A stretch of 63,708 nt of DNA from an uncultured delta proteobacterium (lineage in GTDB: Bacteria > Desulfobacterota > Desulfobacteria > Desulfobacterales > JAFDCJ01). This document shows, piece after piece, positions 1 to 10,359 of this stretch (position 1 is the first letter of the stretch; the number at the start of each line of letters is the position of its first letter). The stretch lies in NCBI GenBank assembly GCA_963769935.1, contig CAVYNY010000027.1:1-63708 (forward strand). Direction: 5' to 3'. Both the position numbers and the translations under genes were made by a program. A model generated the notes under the pieces. That model was given only the letters and a program-made list of their open reading frames with translations, was not told the origin of the DNA and did no database searches.

Positions 1-221
1 TCCCCTTTACACGTTCCAGCCTTTTCTCACCCTCCCACCTTCCCACCCTCGCAACTTCCATCTTTTCCCTATCAGCTATGAGCTGTGAGCTTGGAGCTAT
101 GTACAATGAACTATCAACTATGAACCATGAACTGGCGCGCCAGCGTCTTCCTTCCAGCCTTTTCTCACCCTCGCACCCTCCCACCTTCTTAGCTTCTCCC
201 TATCACCTATCACCTATCATC
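1..221. repeat. Mosaic of degenerate 7-mer and 8-mer tandem repeats
   Basis: ctatcag-ctatgag-ctgtgag; tgaacta-tcaacta-tgaacca; ctatcac x2; 8-mers cctcccac/cttcccac/cctcgcaa; ttccagccttttctcaccctc occurs twice (14, 152). Confidence 0.85.
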
Positions 222-983
222 TCACCTCCGCCACGGCGGCTTCTCCCGCTTGCGCTTTTGTTTTTTTAAGCGGCTGCCGTCTTTTTTCGAATCGGTATCC
301 GGGACCTGGCGCTTGCTTTTGGGAACCCTGGCATCAAACTTTTCGCCAAGATCGATGACATAGCTTCCGGCCGGTCTTTGGGGCGGTCCTGGTTCCCGTT
401 CAGCGGGTTTGGCGGCAACCGGTTTTTCTTTGGGCAGGGGCGGACCGGTAAAACAACCTGCTGGAATAAAATTTGCCAGGAAGAGGATTTCACCGGCCTG
501 GAAAAAAACCACGCCCTGGTCGGTGCACAGCTGTACCTGAACCGTCAGCAGCACTGCCGAGCGATCGCTGCGTCGACCCAGGCGCTCGGCCATATCAACG
601 CCGGAGGATAATACAACCCGCGAGAATCCGGCAGGCTGAATACCTTTCTCGGTGACATGGGGGTAGGCTTTCCGGCGCACGCAGGTGTAAAGCAGTTTGG
701 GAGGGTCCTGGGCATAAGAGTGCTGCGGCAGCCGGTCTCGAAATTTCGACCGGATTCTGTTCTCTGCCACTTCAAAGGAGTGATCCGGCACGCAGAGCAT
801 GATTTCATCCAGATGGGATTGGCGGACGTATCTGAAGCCTTCTTCCTCGTTGACGGCTTTCAGCAGTTCCTTTATCCCGACAAAGCCGTCTTCATCGGTT
901 ACCAGACCGAACTCATCCGGTCGGCGGCGCAGGATATAATCGATAAATTTAGCAAGCTGCTGGGGTGAACGTTGTTTTGACAT
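222..983 (-). CDS. RNA 2'-phosphotransferase (KptA/Tpt1)-like protein, divergent
   Basis: N-terminal AKFIDYILRRRPDEFGLVTDEDGFVGIKELL matches the KptA LRH-P-x-FGL-x-D-x-GWV pattern; several catalytic motifs are altered. Confidence 0.75.
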   Translation of the reverse strand: MSKQRSPQQLAKFIDYILRRRPDEFGLVTDEDGFVGIKELLKAVNEEEGFRYVRQSHLDEIMLCVPDHSFEVAENRIRSKFRDRLPQHSYAQDPPKLLYTCVRRKAYPHVTEKGIQPAGFSRVVLSSGVDMAERLGRRSDRSAVLLTVQVQLCTDQGVVFFQAGEILFLANFIPAGCFTGPPLPKEKPVAAKPAEREPGPPQRPAGSYVIDLGEKFDARVPKSKRQVPDTDSKKDGSRLKKQKRKREKPPWRR

Positions 984-988
984 AATAA

Positions 989-1131
989 ATAGTTGATAGC
1001 TGACAGCTCATAGCTGATAGTTTAAAGGGTAGGGGCGTTATTTACTAAGAGCTTTATTCCATGTCCTATAGGCTATAATCCCTGAACCCCAAACTCCTTT
1101 GTTTTAACTATGAACTATCAGCTATGAGCTC
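989..1131. repeat. Heptamer-periodic inverted-repeat intergenic element
   Basis: Left arm agttgat-agctgac-agctcat-agctgat; right arm ctatgaa-ctatcag-ctatgag (reverse complement); unique core. Confidence 0.8.
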
Positions 1132-1248
1132 TTTTCCTGGCTTGACCATGAAAATACTATCTGATACTTTGTCATCCGATTTTAAATGTCAACCCATCTT
1201 TTGAAATCTGAAACGCTAAATTTGGGTAAAAGAAAGGATCCGGCTGAG

Positions 1249-2538
1249 ATGGAATTCAAAAAATCCCAAACTTTGTTCAAACGCGCTTTGAAAATAATCC
1301 CCGGCGGGGTCAACAGCCCCGTGCGGGCCTGCAAATCGGTCGGCGCCGATCCGCTGTTCATCGATCGGGCCGACGGCTGTCTGATATACGATGTGGACGG
1401 CAATCGCTACATTGACTATATCGGTTCCTGGGGCCCCATGATCCTGGGCCACCGGCATCCGGCCGTCCTGGAAGCGATCAGCGCCGTGCTGGGCAAAGGA
1501 ACCAGCTTCGGTGCTCCCACTGATTTGGAAATACAGCTGGCTGAAATGGTTATCGAAGCCGTGGCATCGGTTGAAGTCGTACGCATGGTGAACTCGGGTA
1601 CCGAGGCGACCATGAGTGCGGTCAGGCTGGCGCGCGGTGCAACCGGGCGGGATCTGGTTATAAAATTTGACGGCTGCTATCACGGCCATGCGGACACGTT
1701 GCTGGTGGCCGCCGGATCGGGTGTGGCAACCCTGGGAATCCCGGGCAGCCCGGGGATCCCCGAAGATGTTGCCCGGCACACCCTCTCGCTGCCCTATAAT
1801 GATGTGAATGCCATCAAACAGGTGATGGATGAAAAAGGCAGTCAAGTGGCCTGCGTCATTATCGAGCCGGTGGCCGGCAACATGGGGCTTGTGCCGCCCC
1901 AGCCCGGTTTTTTGCAAACTTTGCGGGAATTGACCGAAAAAAACGGTGCGCTCCTTATTTTTGATGAAGTCATGACCGGCTTCAGGGTCGCCTACGGCGG
2001 TGCCCAGACGCTTTATGGAATTACACCGGATCTGACCTGTTTCGGCAAGGTCATCGGCGGGGGACTGCCGGTGGGGGCCTATGGCGGCAAAAAAGACATC
2101 ATGTCTCAGGTCGCTCCCCAGGGGTCGGTTTATCAGGCCGGAACCCTCTCCGGCAATCCTATTGCGATGGCGGCAGGTATCGCAACCCTTGAGCAGCTCA
2201 AAAAAGAGGGTTTTTATGAAACCCTGGCCGAAAATTCCAGGCGCCTTGTGACCGGTCTGGCCGGTGCTGCGCAAAAGGCGGGTATCGCGGCCCGGGCCGA
2301 TCACGTCGGCTCCATGCTGGGGTTGTTTTTTACGGATCGGAATGTCACCAGCTTTGAGGATGCCAAAACCTGTGATCTTGAAATGTTTTCCGCCTTTTAC
2401 CAGGGAATGCGGCTGCAAGGCGTATACATCGCCCCCTCCCAGTTTGAAGTGCTTTTCCTTTCTGCCGCCCACACCGATGAGCACATCGATGCCACCATCC
2501 GCGCTGCCGAGCAGGTTTTGTCGGACCTGGGTAAATAG
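1249..2538 (+). CDS. hemL: Glutamate-1-semialdehyde 2,1-aminomutase
   Basis: [40 protein letters not shown] (PLP lysine), [12 protein letters not shown] at 1249 preferred. Confidence 0.97.
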   Translation: MEFKKSQTLFKRALKIIPGGVNSPVRACKSVGADPLFIDRADGCLIYDVDGNRYIDYIGSWGPMILGHRHPAVLEAISAVLGKGTSFGAPTDLEIQLAEMVIEAVASVEVVRMVNSGTEATMSAVRLARGATGRDLVIKFDGCYHGHADTLLVAAGSGVATLGIPGSPGIPEDVARHTLSLPYNDVNAIKQVMDEKGSQVACVIIEPVAGNMGLVPPQPGFLQTLRELTEKNGALLIFDEVMTGFRVAYGGAQTLYGITPDLTCFGKVIGGGLPVGAYGGKKDIMSQVAPQGSVYQAGTLSGNPIAMAAGIATLEQLKKEGFYETLAENSRRLVTGLAGAAQKAGIAARADHVGSMLGLFFTDRNVTSFEDAKTCDLEMFSAFYQGMRLQGVYIAPSQFEVLFLSAAHTDEHIDATIRAAEQVLSDLGK

Positions 2539-2556
2539 CAATTTGCCGGACAGGCC

Positions 2557-2600
2557 AAAAACCGGTCTCTCCCCCCGGGAGAGAACCGGTTTTATATTTT
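2557..2600 (+). terminator. Intrinsic terminator after hemL
   Basis: aaaaccggtctctccc...gggagagaaccggtttt hairpin followed by T-rich tract. Confidence 0.8.
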
Positions 2601-2718
2601 TACTTAACCTTAATTACGTGATATAATTAGATACAATTTCAAGTTTTAGTCAGCTCTGAAACGCGCGAATGTGAACTCTTAAAATGTGAATGCTTATGAT
2701 TTAAGGGAGGTGTAGACT

Positions 2719-3738
2719 GTGGGTGATCCAGCCGAGCACGAAAAATTGATCGAACATTATCTGCAAGAGAACAACACCGAAGCGGCCGTTCAACTGCTGG
2801 TGAATTTAATTGAAAAAAATGCCAGAGTTAAGAAATTCGATCGAGCGGAGTCACTGCGCGACAGGTTGTATGAAGTGGATGCCATGGCGCTGAACGAAAT
2901 CGTAAAGACAGGCGAGATAATAGAGGCCGAGAAAAACAGCGCCATCGATCAAAACCACCTGAAAACCTGGGCCGACTTATACGGAAAACTGACCCTGGAG
3001 GAAACCAATGCGCTGTTTTACGGGATGAAGCTAGAGCAATACCCGGCAAATCACATGATTTTCAGACAGGGCGAAATGCGATCCCGCCTTTACCTAATCG
3101 ATGAAGGCCAATTGAAGATGTTTTACCGGCAAGGTGACAAAGCCATCTTGCTCAAGACCCTTGGACCCGGTGATTTTTTTGGTGAGGATGAATTCTTTTT
3201 TGCCGATGCCTTTTGCACCACCTCCGTCATAACGGACTCAAAAACGAAATTGCGGGTGCTGCTGAAAAATGATCTGGATAATATAGGTAAAAAAACCGCA
3301 GGCCTGGAAGCGAAGCTAAATGATTTCTTCAGGAACCTGGAATCGGTTGCGGATTTGTTGAAAGCCAAAAATCTGGAGCGCCGGGTTGACCAGCGGTTTA
3401 ATTTGCCGGGCAAAGTGCTGGTGCAGCTGCTGGACGGCAAGAATCAACCGGTTGTCAAACCTTTCAGAGGAGAGCTTTTAGACATATCCGTCAGCGGGCT
3501 GGCATTTCTTATGAAAACAACCCAAAAGGCTTCCAACATGCTGCTCGGCCGCAATTTGAACATGAAGTTGACGTTTGACGAGTTGGCCTCGGACCTTGCA
3601 ATCAACTGCAGCGGCATGGTGGTTGCCGTCAACAGCGAGCCTTTTAATGAATATGTGATTCATGCCGAATTCGACAGGAATCTAAGCGCGGTCGTCATGA
3701 ATGCGCTGGATGACCTCAAAAATCCTGAAGAAGCTTAG
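2719..3738 (+). CDS. Cyclic-nucleotide-binding + PilZ domain protein
   Basis: IFRQGE...LYLIDEG...LGPGDFFGE (cNMP); RRVDQR and DISVSG (PilZ RxxxR, DxSxxG). Confidence 0.85.
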   Translation: MGDPAEHEKLIEHYLQENNTEAAVQLLVNLIEKNARVKKFDRAESLRDRLYEVDAMALNEIVKTGEIIEAEKNSAIDQNHLKTWADLYGKLTLEETNALFYGMKLEQYPANHMIFRQGEMRSRLYLIDEGQLKMFYRQGDKAILLKTLGPGDFFGEDEFFFADAFCTTSVITDSKTKLRVLLKNDLDNIGKKTAGLEAKLNDFFRNLESVADLLKAKNLERRVDQRFNLPGKVLVQLLDGKNQPVVKPFRGELLDISVSGLAFLMKTTQKASNMLLGRNLNMKLTFDELASDLAINCSGMVVAVNSEPFNEYVIHAEFDRNLSAVVMNALDDLKNPEEA

Positions 3739-3749
3739 AACTGGATGTA

Positions 3750-5309
3750 ATGATAGGAAAAGAACCCGACAATACCCTGAAACACGGCTCCGGCACCGAT
3801 CAAACCGACGAGCAGTCGCGTCTGGCCACGGCCGTTGAAAATGCGGCGGAGGCCATTTTAATCACCGACCCGGCCGGAAACATCCTATACGCTAATCCGG
3901 CGTTTGAGGAGATTTCAGGATATTCACGTTCGCAAGTCATCAACTGGCATGTCTCCCGGTTGGAAGGCGGCAAACAGGACAAATCGACCTACAGAAATAT
4001 GTGGCAGACGCTTAGAAAGGGTGATACCTGGAAGGGGCGGTTCATCAACAAGAAAAAGGATGGCAGCCTCTATGAGACGGAAGCAACCATATCATCTGTT
4101 AGAAACAAAGCGGGGGAGATTACCAATTTTGTCAGCGTGCAGCGGGATGTGACCCATGAAGTTCAGCTGCAGAAACAGCTGCGCCAGGCCCAGAAAATGG
4201 AGGCCATCGGGACCCTTGCCGGCGGTATTGCCCACGATTTTAACAACCTGCTGATGGGAATTCAGGGGAACATATCCCTGGCATTACTGGAACTGCATCC
4301 TGATTCGCCTTTGTGTCAGAACCTTAAAAAAGTCGAGGAATATGTATCGAACGGCGTGGAACTCACCAAACAATTGTTGGGGTTTGCGCGGGGCGGTAAA
4401 TATGAGGTGCGCCTGACGGATATCAACCATCTCTTGCAGGAGCAAAACCTGCTTTTTAGTCGAGCGAATAAAAGAATTACATTTAACACCGAGTATGCCC
4501 CGGATCTTTGGCGTATAGAGGCCGACCAGGGCCAGTTAGAACATATAATTTTCAATCTTTATATGAACGCCCTGCAAGCCATGCCGCAAGAGGGAACGCT
4601 GACGGTTCGGACCGAAAATGTCACCATAGATAAAGATCAGTACAAGCCTTACCGGGTGAAGGCCGGGCGTTATGTAAAAATCAGCGTTGCCGACACGGGT
4701 GTGGGGATGGATGAAGAGACCCAGCGCAGAATATTCGACCCTTTTTTTACCACCAAAGACAAAGGGCGCGGAACCGGCCTGGGACTGGCTTCGGTATATG
4801 GAATTGTTAAAAATCATGAAGGTTTCATTGATGTCATCAGCCGCCGGGGCCGAGGGGCCCGGTTCGATATTTTTTTTCCAGCCAACCAGGCAACCGCTTC
4901 CGTCCAGCAGAAAAGTTCCGTGAAACCTTCCCCGGGAAAAGATACGGTGCTGCTGGTGGATGATGAGGAAATGATCATCGATGTCGGATCGCGCATGCTT
5001 GCCAAACTGGGATTTGAGGTCTTAACTGCCCGAAACGGCGACGAAGCCGTCGCCGTCTACGGGGAGCACCGGGACAAAATCGATCTTGTCCTGCTGGACA
5101 TGGTGATGCCGCAAGTCGGCGGCGGTGAAGCTTTTGACAGGCTAAGGAAGATTAATCCCGACGTTAAAGTGATTTTATGCAGCGGATACAGCATCGACGG
5201 CCAGGCCAGGGTCATTCTCAACCGCGGTTGCGACGCCTTTATTCAGAAGCCTTTTAATCTGCAAACCCTATCCGAAAATATCCGGGCGGTACTGGATGGC
5301 CGGACGTAG
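3750..5309 (+). CDS. PAS hybrid sensor histidine kinase/receiver (CckA-like architecture)
   Basis: [16 protein letters not shown]-box; [21 protein letters not shown]-terminal receiver VDDEE/LLDMVMP. Confidence 0.95.
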   Translation: MIGKEPDNTLKHGSGTDQTDEQSRLATAVENAAEAILITDPAGNILYANPAFEEISGYSRSQVINWHVSRLEGGKQDKSTYRNMWQTLRKGDTWKGRFINKKKDGSLYETEATISSVRNKAGEITNFVSVQRDVTHEVQLQKQLRQAQKMEAIGTLAGGIAHDFNNLLMGIQGNISLALLELHPDSPLCQNLKKVEEYVSNGVELTKQLLGFARGGKYEVRLTDINHLLQEQNLLFSRANKRITFNTEYAPDLWRIEADQGQLEHIIFNLYMNALQAMPQEGTLTVRTENVTIDKDQYKPYRVKAGRYVKISVADTGVGMDEETQRRIFDPFFTTKDKGRGTGLGLASVYGIVKNHEGFIDVISRRGRGARFDIFFPANQATASVQQKSSVKPSPGKDTVLLVDDEEMIIDVGSRMLAKLGFEVLTARNGDEAVAVYGEHRDKIDLVLLDMVMPQVGGGEAFDRLRKINPDVKVILCSGYSIDGQARVILNRGCDAFIQKPFNLQTLSENIRAVLDGRT

Positions 5310-5820
5310 GCGGGGTGCGGGGAATGGGCATAGGGCGTAGAGCCGGGCGCATAGAGTAAATGACAAGGCGGTGCGGGGAATTGATGTTGGATGTTGGCGG
5401 TTTGAGGTTTGAGGTAAAAGGATAAAGGAAGGTGCTGTCGCGCCAGTTGATAGCTCATAGTTGATAGCTGGAAGGAAAAAGGTTAAAGGTCAAAGGCTTT
5501 AGGTGTAAATCGCACGGCACTTGGCATTAAGTCGGCGGTTGAGGGCTAAGGATCAAAGATATCAGGCTCAGTATACAGGGTGCAGGGTTGAAGGTTGCAG
5601 CGAGGCTTACAGGGCCAGCGTATGGTTGATTGGGTTTACGAACAGATGGGTCCCCTGAATGCTAATGAAGATTGATGTTCAACAACTTAAGAGCTTAAGA
5701 GCTTACGAGCTCAAGAACTTAGCAACTTCCTCGCCTCCCCGCTTCTCAACTTCCCAGCCTCCCAGCTTCATAACGTCCGCCTTCTGTCAGCTGTCGTCTG
5801 ACACCTGAACCTGACACCTA
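5310..5820. repeat. Long intergenic mosaic of 7/8-mer periodic repeat tracts
   Basis: gcatagg/cgtagag/gcataga; tttgagg-tttgagg-taaaagg-ataaagg; agttgat-agctcat-agttgat; gcttaaga-gcttacga-gctcaaga; ctgacac-ctgaac-ctgacac. Confidence 0.8.
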
Positions 5821-5892
5821 TTCAATGGAATTAACTCGAAACAATTTATAATCCAAAATTCGGGCTCTTCTTCGCCCCTGGCTGATATTGCA

Positions 5893-7320
5893 ATGATAAT
5901 GGACATGACCCAAAACAAAATCCGTGAGACCGTGCAGAAGATTCATTTGACGGCGGTTTGCGGCACAGGCATGGGGGCGCTGGCCTGCATGCTGCGTGAC
6001 CTTGGATTTGAAGTGACCGGATCCGATCAAAAAGTGTATCCGCCCATGAGCACATTCCTGGAGCAAAAGGGCATTCGAATCATGGACGGTTTCAGGGAAG
6101 AAAATCTTGAGTATGGCCCGGACCTGGTTGTTATCGGCAATGTCGTTACCCGCGAGAACCCGGAAGCCGTCAAGGTGCATCGCATGGGACTGCCCTTTTG
6201 CTCCATGCCCCAGGCTTTAAACCATTTTGTGGCGCGCGGCAAGACAACCCTTCTGGTAGGCGGCACCCACGGCAAGACCACGACATCCTCCATCCTGGCC
6301 TGGATGCTGCAGGAAGCCGGTTATGACCCGTCTTTCATGATCGGCGGCATCCTGAAAAATTTTAACAGCAACTATCGCCTCGGCCATGGTCCTTATTTTG
6401 TGGTCGAGGGCGACGAGTACGATACGGCATTTTTTGACAAGGTACCGAAATTTTTTCATTATCAGCCGCAGATGGCGGTTTTGACCAGTGTCGAATTTGA
6501 TCATGCGGATATTTTTAATGATCTGGACCATGTCAAAGAGGCGTTCGGCCGCTTTATATCCCATCTGGATGGTACCAGCTTGCTGCTGGCATATGACGGC
6601 GATAAAAATATCGATGCGCTCATCGGTCGTTGCAGCTGCCGCAATGAGCGCTACGGCCGCAAACCGGTCTCCCCCTGGCGTTTGGGCGCCATATCACCGG
6701 ATCCGCCGTGGACGACATTTGAAGTTTATAAAAACAATCATCGTTTCGGCGGATTTCGGACCCGGCTTTTTGGCGAACACAATCTGACCAATGCGCTGTC
6801 GATCATTGCCGCAGCCGATCATTTAAATATTTCACTGCCTGTCATGCAGGCGGCCCTCGAATCTTTTGAGGGGATTAAGCGCCGCCAGGAAATTCGGGGT
6901 CAAAAACGGCGCATAACCGTCATGGATGATTTCGCCCATCATCCAACCGCCGTGCGGGAGACCATCCGGGCGGTGAAATCGGTAACGGCCGGCGGCCGGC
7001 TGATCGCCGTTTTCGAGCCCAGAACCGCCACCAGTATGCGCCGCATTTTTCAAAGCGAATACGCACAAGCCTTTGACATGGCCGATCTGATCTGTATCCG
7101 CAAGCCTCCGGCGGTGCGAAAAATTCCCGCCGCCGAGCAGTTTTCATCTGAGCAGCTGGTCAATGACCTGAAAATGCAGGGTAAAGACGCGCACTTTTTT
7201 CAGGATACGGACGCTATCATCGATTTCCTGGTCACCCATGCAGCACCCGCCGACCTGATTCTTATCATGTCCAACGGCGGCTTTGACAATATCCATCAAC
7301 GGCTGCTGGATCGGCTTTGA
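5893..7320 (+). CDS. mpl: UDP-MurNAc:L-Ala-gamma-D-Glu-mDAP ligase (murein peptide ligase)
   Basis: VCGTGMGALA, VYPPMST, GTHGKTTTSS, EGDEYDTAFFDK, DDFAHHPTA, MSNGGFDNIH. Confidence 0.93.
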   Translation: MIMDMTQNKIRETVQKIHLTAVCGTGMGALACMLRDLGFEVTGSDQKVYPPMSTFLEQKGIRIMDGFREENLEYGPDLVVIGNVVTRENPEAVKVHRMGLPFCSMPQALNHFVARGKTTLLVGGTHGKTTTSSILAWMLQEAGYDPSFMIGGILKNFNSNYRLGHGPYFVVEGDEYDTAFFDKVPKFFHYQPQMAVLTSVEFDHADIFNDLDHVKEAFGRFISHLDGTSLLLAYDGDKNIDALIGRCSCRNERYGRKPVSPWRLGAISPDPPWTTFEVYKNNHRFGGFRTRLFGEHNLTNALSIIAAADHLNISLPVMQAALESFEGIKRRQEIRGQKRRITVMDDFAHHPTAVRETIRAVKSVTAGGRLIAVFEPRTATSMRRIFQSEYAQAFDMADLICIRKPPAVRKIPAAEQFSSEQLVNDLKMQGKDAHFFQDTDAIIDFLVTHAAPADLILIMSNGGFDNIHQRLLDRL

Positions 7321-7400
7321 TACCCTATAGAGCGGTTTTCGACAAGGCTTTAAGACCAGCCCGGAGTTATGTCATTTAGACAATTGAACGGCAACTTATG

Positions 7401-7615
7401 AAATTTCCAAGCACCAAAAACCAGATATCAAACAAATCACAATGACCCAAATTCAAAATTCCAAACAAATTATCCGTCACAGTTCTGCCTAATGGCATAA
7501 TTACCAGTAGGCCCGGGTTTGCGACAAGTTGCGATATAACGACGGTGATGTTTTGGTCATTTAATATTGAGGTATGGGATTTATTTGTAATTTGGAGCTT
7601 GAGATTTGGGATTTT
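7401..7615. repeat. Heptamer-periodic inverted-repeat element with non-coding core
   Basis: Left arm aaatttccaagcaccaaaaaccagatatcaaacaaat...aaaattccaaac; right arm gttttggtcattt...atttggagcttgagatttgggatttt. Confidence 0.8.
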
Positions 7616-7692
7616 ATTGTCATGCAAAAGCTTCTGATGCAAAGGGGTTGGAATTTACTTTAGACGTTGCACTGGAAACTATTCAAAACACC

Positions 7693-7721
7693 TTGACATC
7701 CCCATCGATTTCATTTACTTA
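7693..7721 (+). promoter_or_regulatory. Putative sigma70 promoter upstream of fabF
   Basis: TTGACA-N17-TACTTA. Confidence 0.4.
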
Positions 7722-7988
7722 GTTTTTTCTTGAACAAGTGATTTGCAAGTATTATTATAAACCTAAATTCAATTAGTTACATGCTTGCCTTTACTTACTG
7801 CGCCGACCGGATTAAGCTAAGCGCTTGAACTTAAGCCCTAAATCATGGTGCCGGCCCGCAGGTAGCCGTGATTGACAGCCGGTCGCAATGCAGCTTGCCT
7901 TGTTGGTCTACAGCACCTGTCGAATAAAAAATTACTCAGACCTTAATTGAGCTGGATCCAATTGGGGTGGCATTGACGGGAGGATCAT

Positions 7989-9230
7989 TTGAATAGACGT
8001 GTTGTTTTGACAGGACTCGGGCTAGTGACGCCTCTGGGGATCGGCGTGGAAAAAAGCTGGAAGAATTTGTGCGCCGGAAAATCGGGGGTCGGAGAAATCA
8101 CCCGCTTTGATGCATCTGATTTTCAGACCAGAATTGCCGCCGAAGTCAAAGATTTTCATGCCGAAGATTTTTTGCCCCTTAAAGAGGCCAAACGCACCGA
8201 GCGTTTTATTGCCTTTGCTATGGCAGCCGCCCGTATGGCACTGGCAGACTCCGGATTGGTCATTGACAGCACCAACAGCAACCGCGTCGGCGTTATCACC
8301 GGCTGCGGTCTGGGGGGGCTGGGAATACTGGAGTCCACCTGTGAAACCCTGGCGAAAAGGGGGCCGCGCAGGGTAAGTCCGTTCTTTATTCCCATGATGA
8401 TCGGCAACATGGCGCCGGGGATGATTTCCATCCATTTGGGTGCCAAAGGTCCCAATACTTCCATCGCCACGGCCTGTGCCGCTGGGGCTCACGGCGTGGG
8501 AGACTCCTTTAATGTTATCCGCAGCGGCAGGGCGGATGCCATGATTTGCGGCGGCGTTGAAGCTGTGGTCAATCCGACCTGCATCGCCGGATTCAATGCC
8601 ATGAAAGCGCTTTCTACCCGCAACGATGAGCCGGAAAAAGCTTCTCGTCCTTTTGATCGCGATCGAGACGGATTCGTGGTGGGTGAAGGCAGCGGCATCA
8701 TGATCGCCGAAGACCTTGACCATGCGCTCAAAAGAGGCGCCCATATTTATGCCGAGCTGATCGGATACGGCATGAGCGGTGACGGACACCACATGACGGC
8801 GCCGCCGCCGGACGGCAGCGGGGCTGTGCGCTGTATGCTGGCAGCCCTTAAGGACGCCGGAATTGAATATAATGAAATCGATTATATCAATGCCCATGGG
8901 ACGTCGACTCCTTTAAATGATCTCTATGAAACCCGGGCAATTAAAACGGTTTTTAAGGACTACGCCTATAAATTGGCCATCAGCTCGACGAAATCAATGA
9001 CCGGTCACCTGCTGGGCGGCGCCGGGGGGATTGAAACCGTTTTCACAGCCCTGACAATTGCGGAGGGGCTTATCCCGCCCACGATCAACTTTGACAATGC
9101 GGGCGATGAATGCGACCTGGATTATGTGCCCAATGTCATGCGCAAAGCCAAAGTGACGCATGCCATGACCAATTCCTTCGGGTTCGGGGGAACCAATGCC
9201 AGCCTGATTCTAAAGGCCTACATCGGCTGA
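7989..9230 (+). CDS. fabF: Beta-ketoacyl-ACP synthase II
   Basis: RRVVLTGLG, ATACAAG (catalytic Cys), SRPFDRDRDGFV, NAHGTST, KSMTGHLLG, NSFGFGGTN. Confidence 0.97.
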   Translation: MNRRVVLTGLGLVTPLGIGVEKSWKNLCAGKSGVGEITRFDASDFQTRIAAEVKDFHAEDFLPLKEAKRTERFIAFAMAAARMALADSGLVIDSTNSNRVGVITGCGLGGLGILESTCETLAKRGPRRVSPFFIPMMIGNMAPGMISIHLGAKGPNTSIATACAAGAHGVGDSFNVIRSGRADAMICGGVEAVVNPTCIAGFNAMKALSTRNDEPEKASRPFDRDRDGFVVGEGSGIMIAEDLDHALKRGAHIYAELIGYGMSGDGHHMTAPPPDGSGAVRCMLAALKDAGIEYNEIDYINAHGTSTPLNDLYETRAIKTVFKDYAYKLAISSTKSMTGHLLGGAGGIETVFTALTIAEGLIPPTINFDNAGDECDLDYVPNVMRKAKVTHAMTNSFGFGGTNASLILKAYIG

Positions 9231-9388
9231 TCGTATCGAAGTATATGAAATAAATATAAAATTTAGTGCAGCTTCCGTCTCCAGCCCGCAGGGCCTACAG
9301 GCCGGCTGCCGGCTCGCAGCGCCTGCAGCTCGGAGAGGGTAGGGCTTTCAGCTCGGACGGAGCGGGAAGCAGGATTTCAATGTTTAAA

Positions 9389-9418
9389 AAATAACCGGCG
9401 TTTGCCGGTTTTTTTTTA
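9389..9418 (+). terminator. Intrinsic terminator after fabF
   Basis: aaccggc-gttt-gccggtt plus T run. Confidence 0.75.
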
Positions 9419-9526
9419 TAACAATATAGGGTTGGCGAAATGGCGTGATATTTGATATAGGGTGGCGAGCAGAAACGATTGGTGCCGCTGAGTACTTAAT
9501 AAAAAAATTTCCAACAAAACAGCCTA

Positions 9527-10359
9527 ATGAATAAAGAGCAATACTGGCAGGTCCTCAGATCCGAGTTTGGTTACCAGAGTCCGGCCGGGCGCAGCTTTCT
9601 GGCCAAATATGTCTCGGGTTGGCCCTTGGGCTTTATCTATTATGTTAAACTGATAGCAATGCTCACGCATGCCAGTTTCCACGCCCGCCGTGGCGTGCTC
9701 GATGACGAGAAATGGTCCAGATACTCCCACAGAATTCTGGAGATCGTTGAATCCGTCGGTGGGAAAGTCCAAATCACGGGCCTGGAAGCTGTGGCGCATC
9801 ACGACGGTCCGATCGTATTCATTGCCAATCACATGAGCTTGCTTGAGACCCTCTTGCTGGCGGGTATGGTCCAGCCTTTTTGCCGAGTTACCTTTGTCAT
9901 CAAGGAAGAGCTGCGTCATTATCCGGTCATCGGCCACATTATGAAGGCGTTGAAGCTTATTGCGGTATCGCGGCAAAACCCGCGGGATGATTTTAAGGTG
10001 GTGATGCGCGCGGGCTGCGATTTCATTGCCGGGGGCGGCTCCATTTTTATATTTCCCCAGGCCACCAGAAGCGTTGAGTTTGATATTCATGCATTCAATA
10101 CTCTGGGCGTCAAAGTGGCCGCCAGGGCCGGTGTGCCGGTGGTACCGGTTGCCATAAAAACAGATTTTCAGGGCAATGGAAAATTTATAAAAGATATGGG
10201 GCCCATTGATCCGAAAAAAACCCTGCACTTCAAATTCGGCGAACCCTTGGCAGTGGAGGGCAACGGCCGCCGGGCGCATGAATGCGTCGTCGATTTTATT
10301 ACCGAGAATTTGAAGGCTTGGGGGGAACGGTCAAGGGGCATCGGGAGGCGGCCAGTTGA
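9527..10359 (+). CDS. Lysophospholipid (PlsC-like) acyltransferase; probable 1-bp deletion in G-run near 10320
   Basis: ANHMSLLE motif, IFPQATRS; adding one G gives ...WGGTVKGHREAAS* with TGA overlapping the trkA TTG (ORF track runs on to 10420). Confidence 0.85.

Noticed and set aside
1216..2541. Long antisense ORFs (also 8022-8897, 9524-10279, 37118-38032, 45580-46623, 53645-54433)
   Set aside because: Shadow frames of well-supported genes with no recognisable motifs.
7798..7980. 6S RNA
   Set aside because: Contains cttgaac, but I cannot find the long rod with a central bubble; kept only as an unassigned structured leader.
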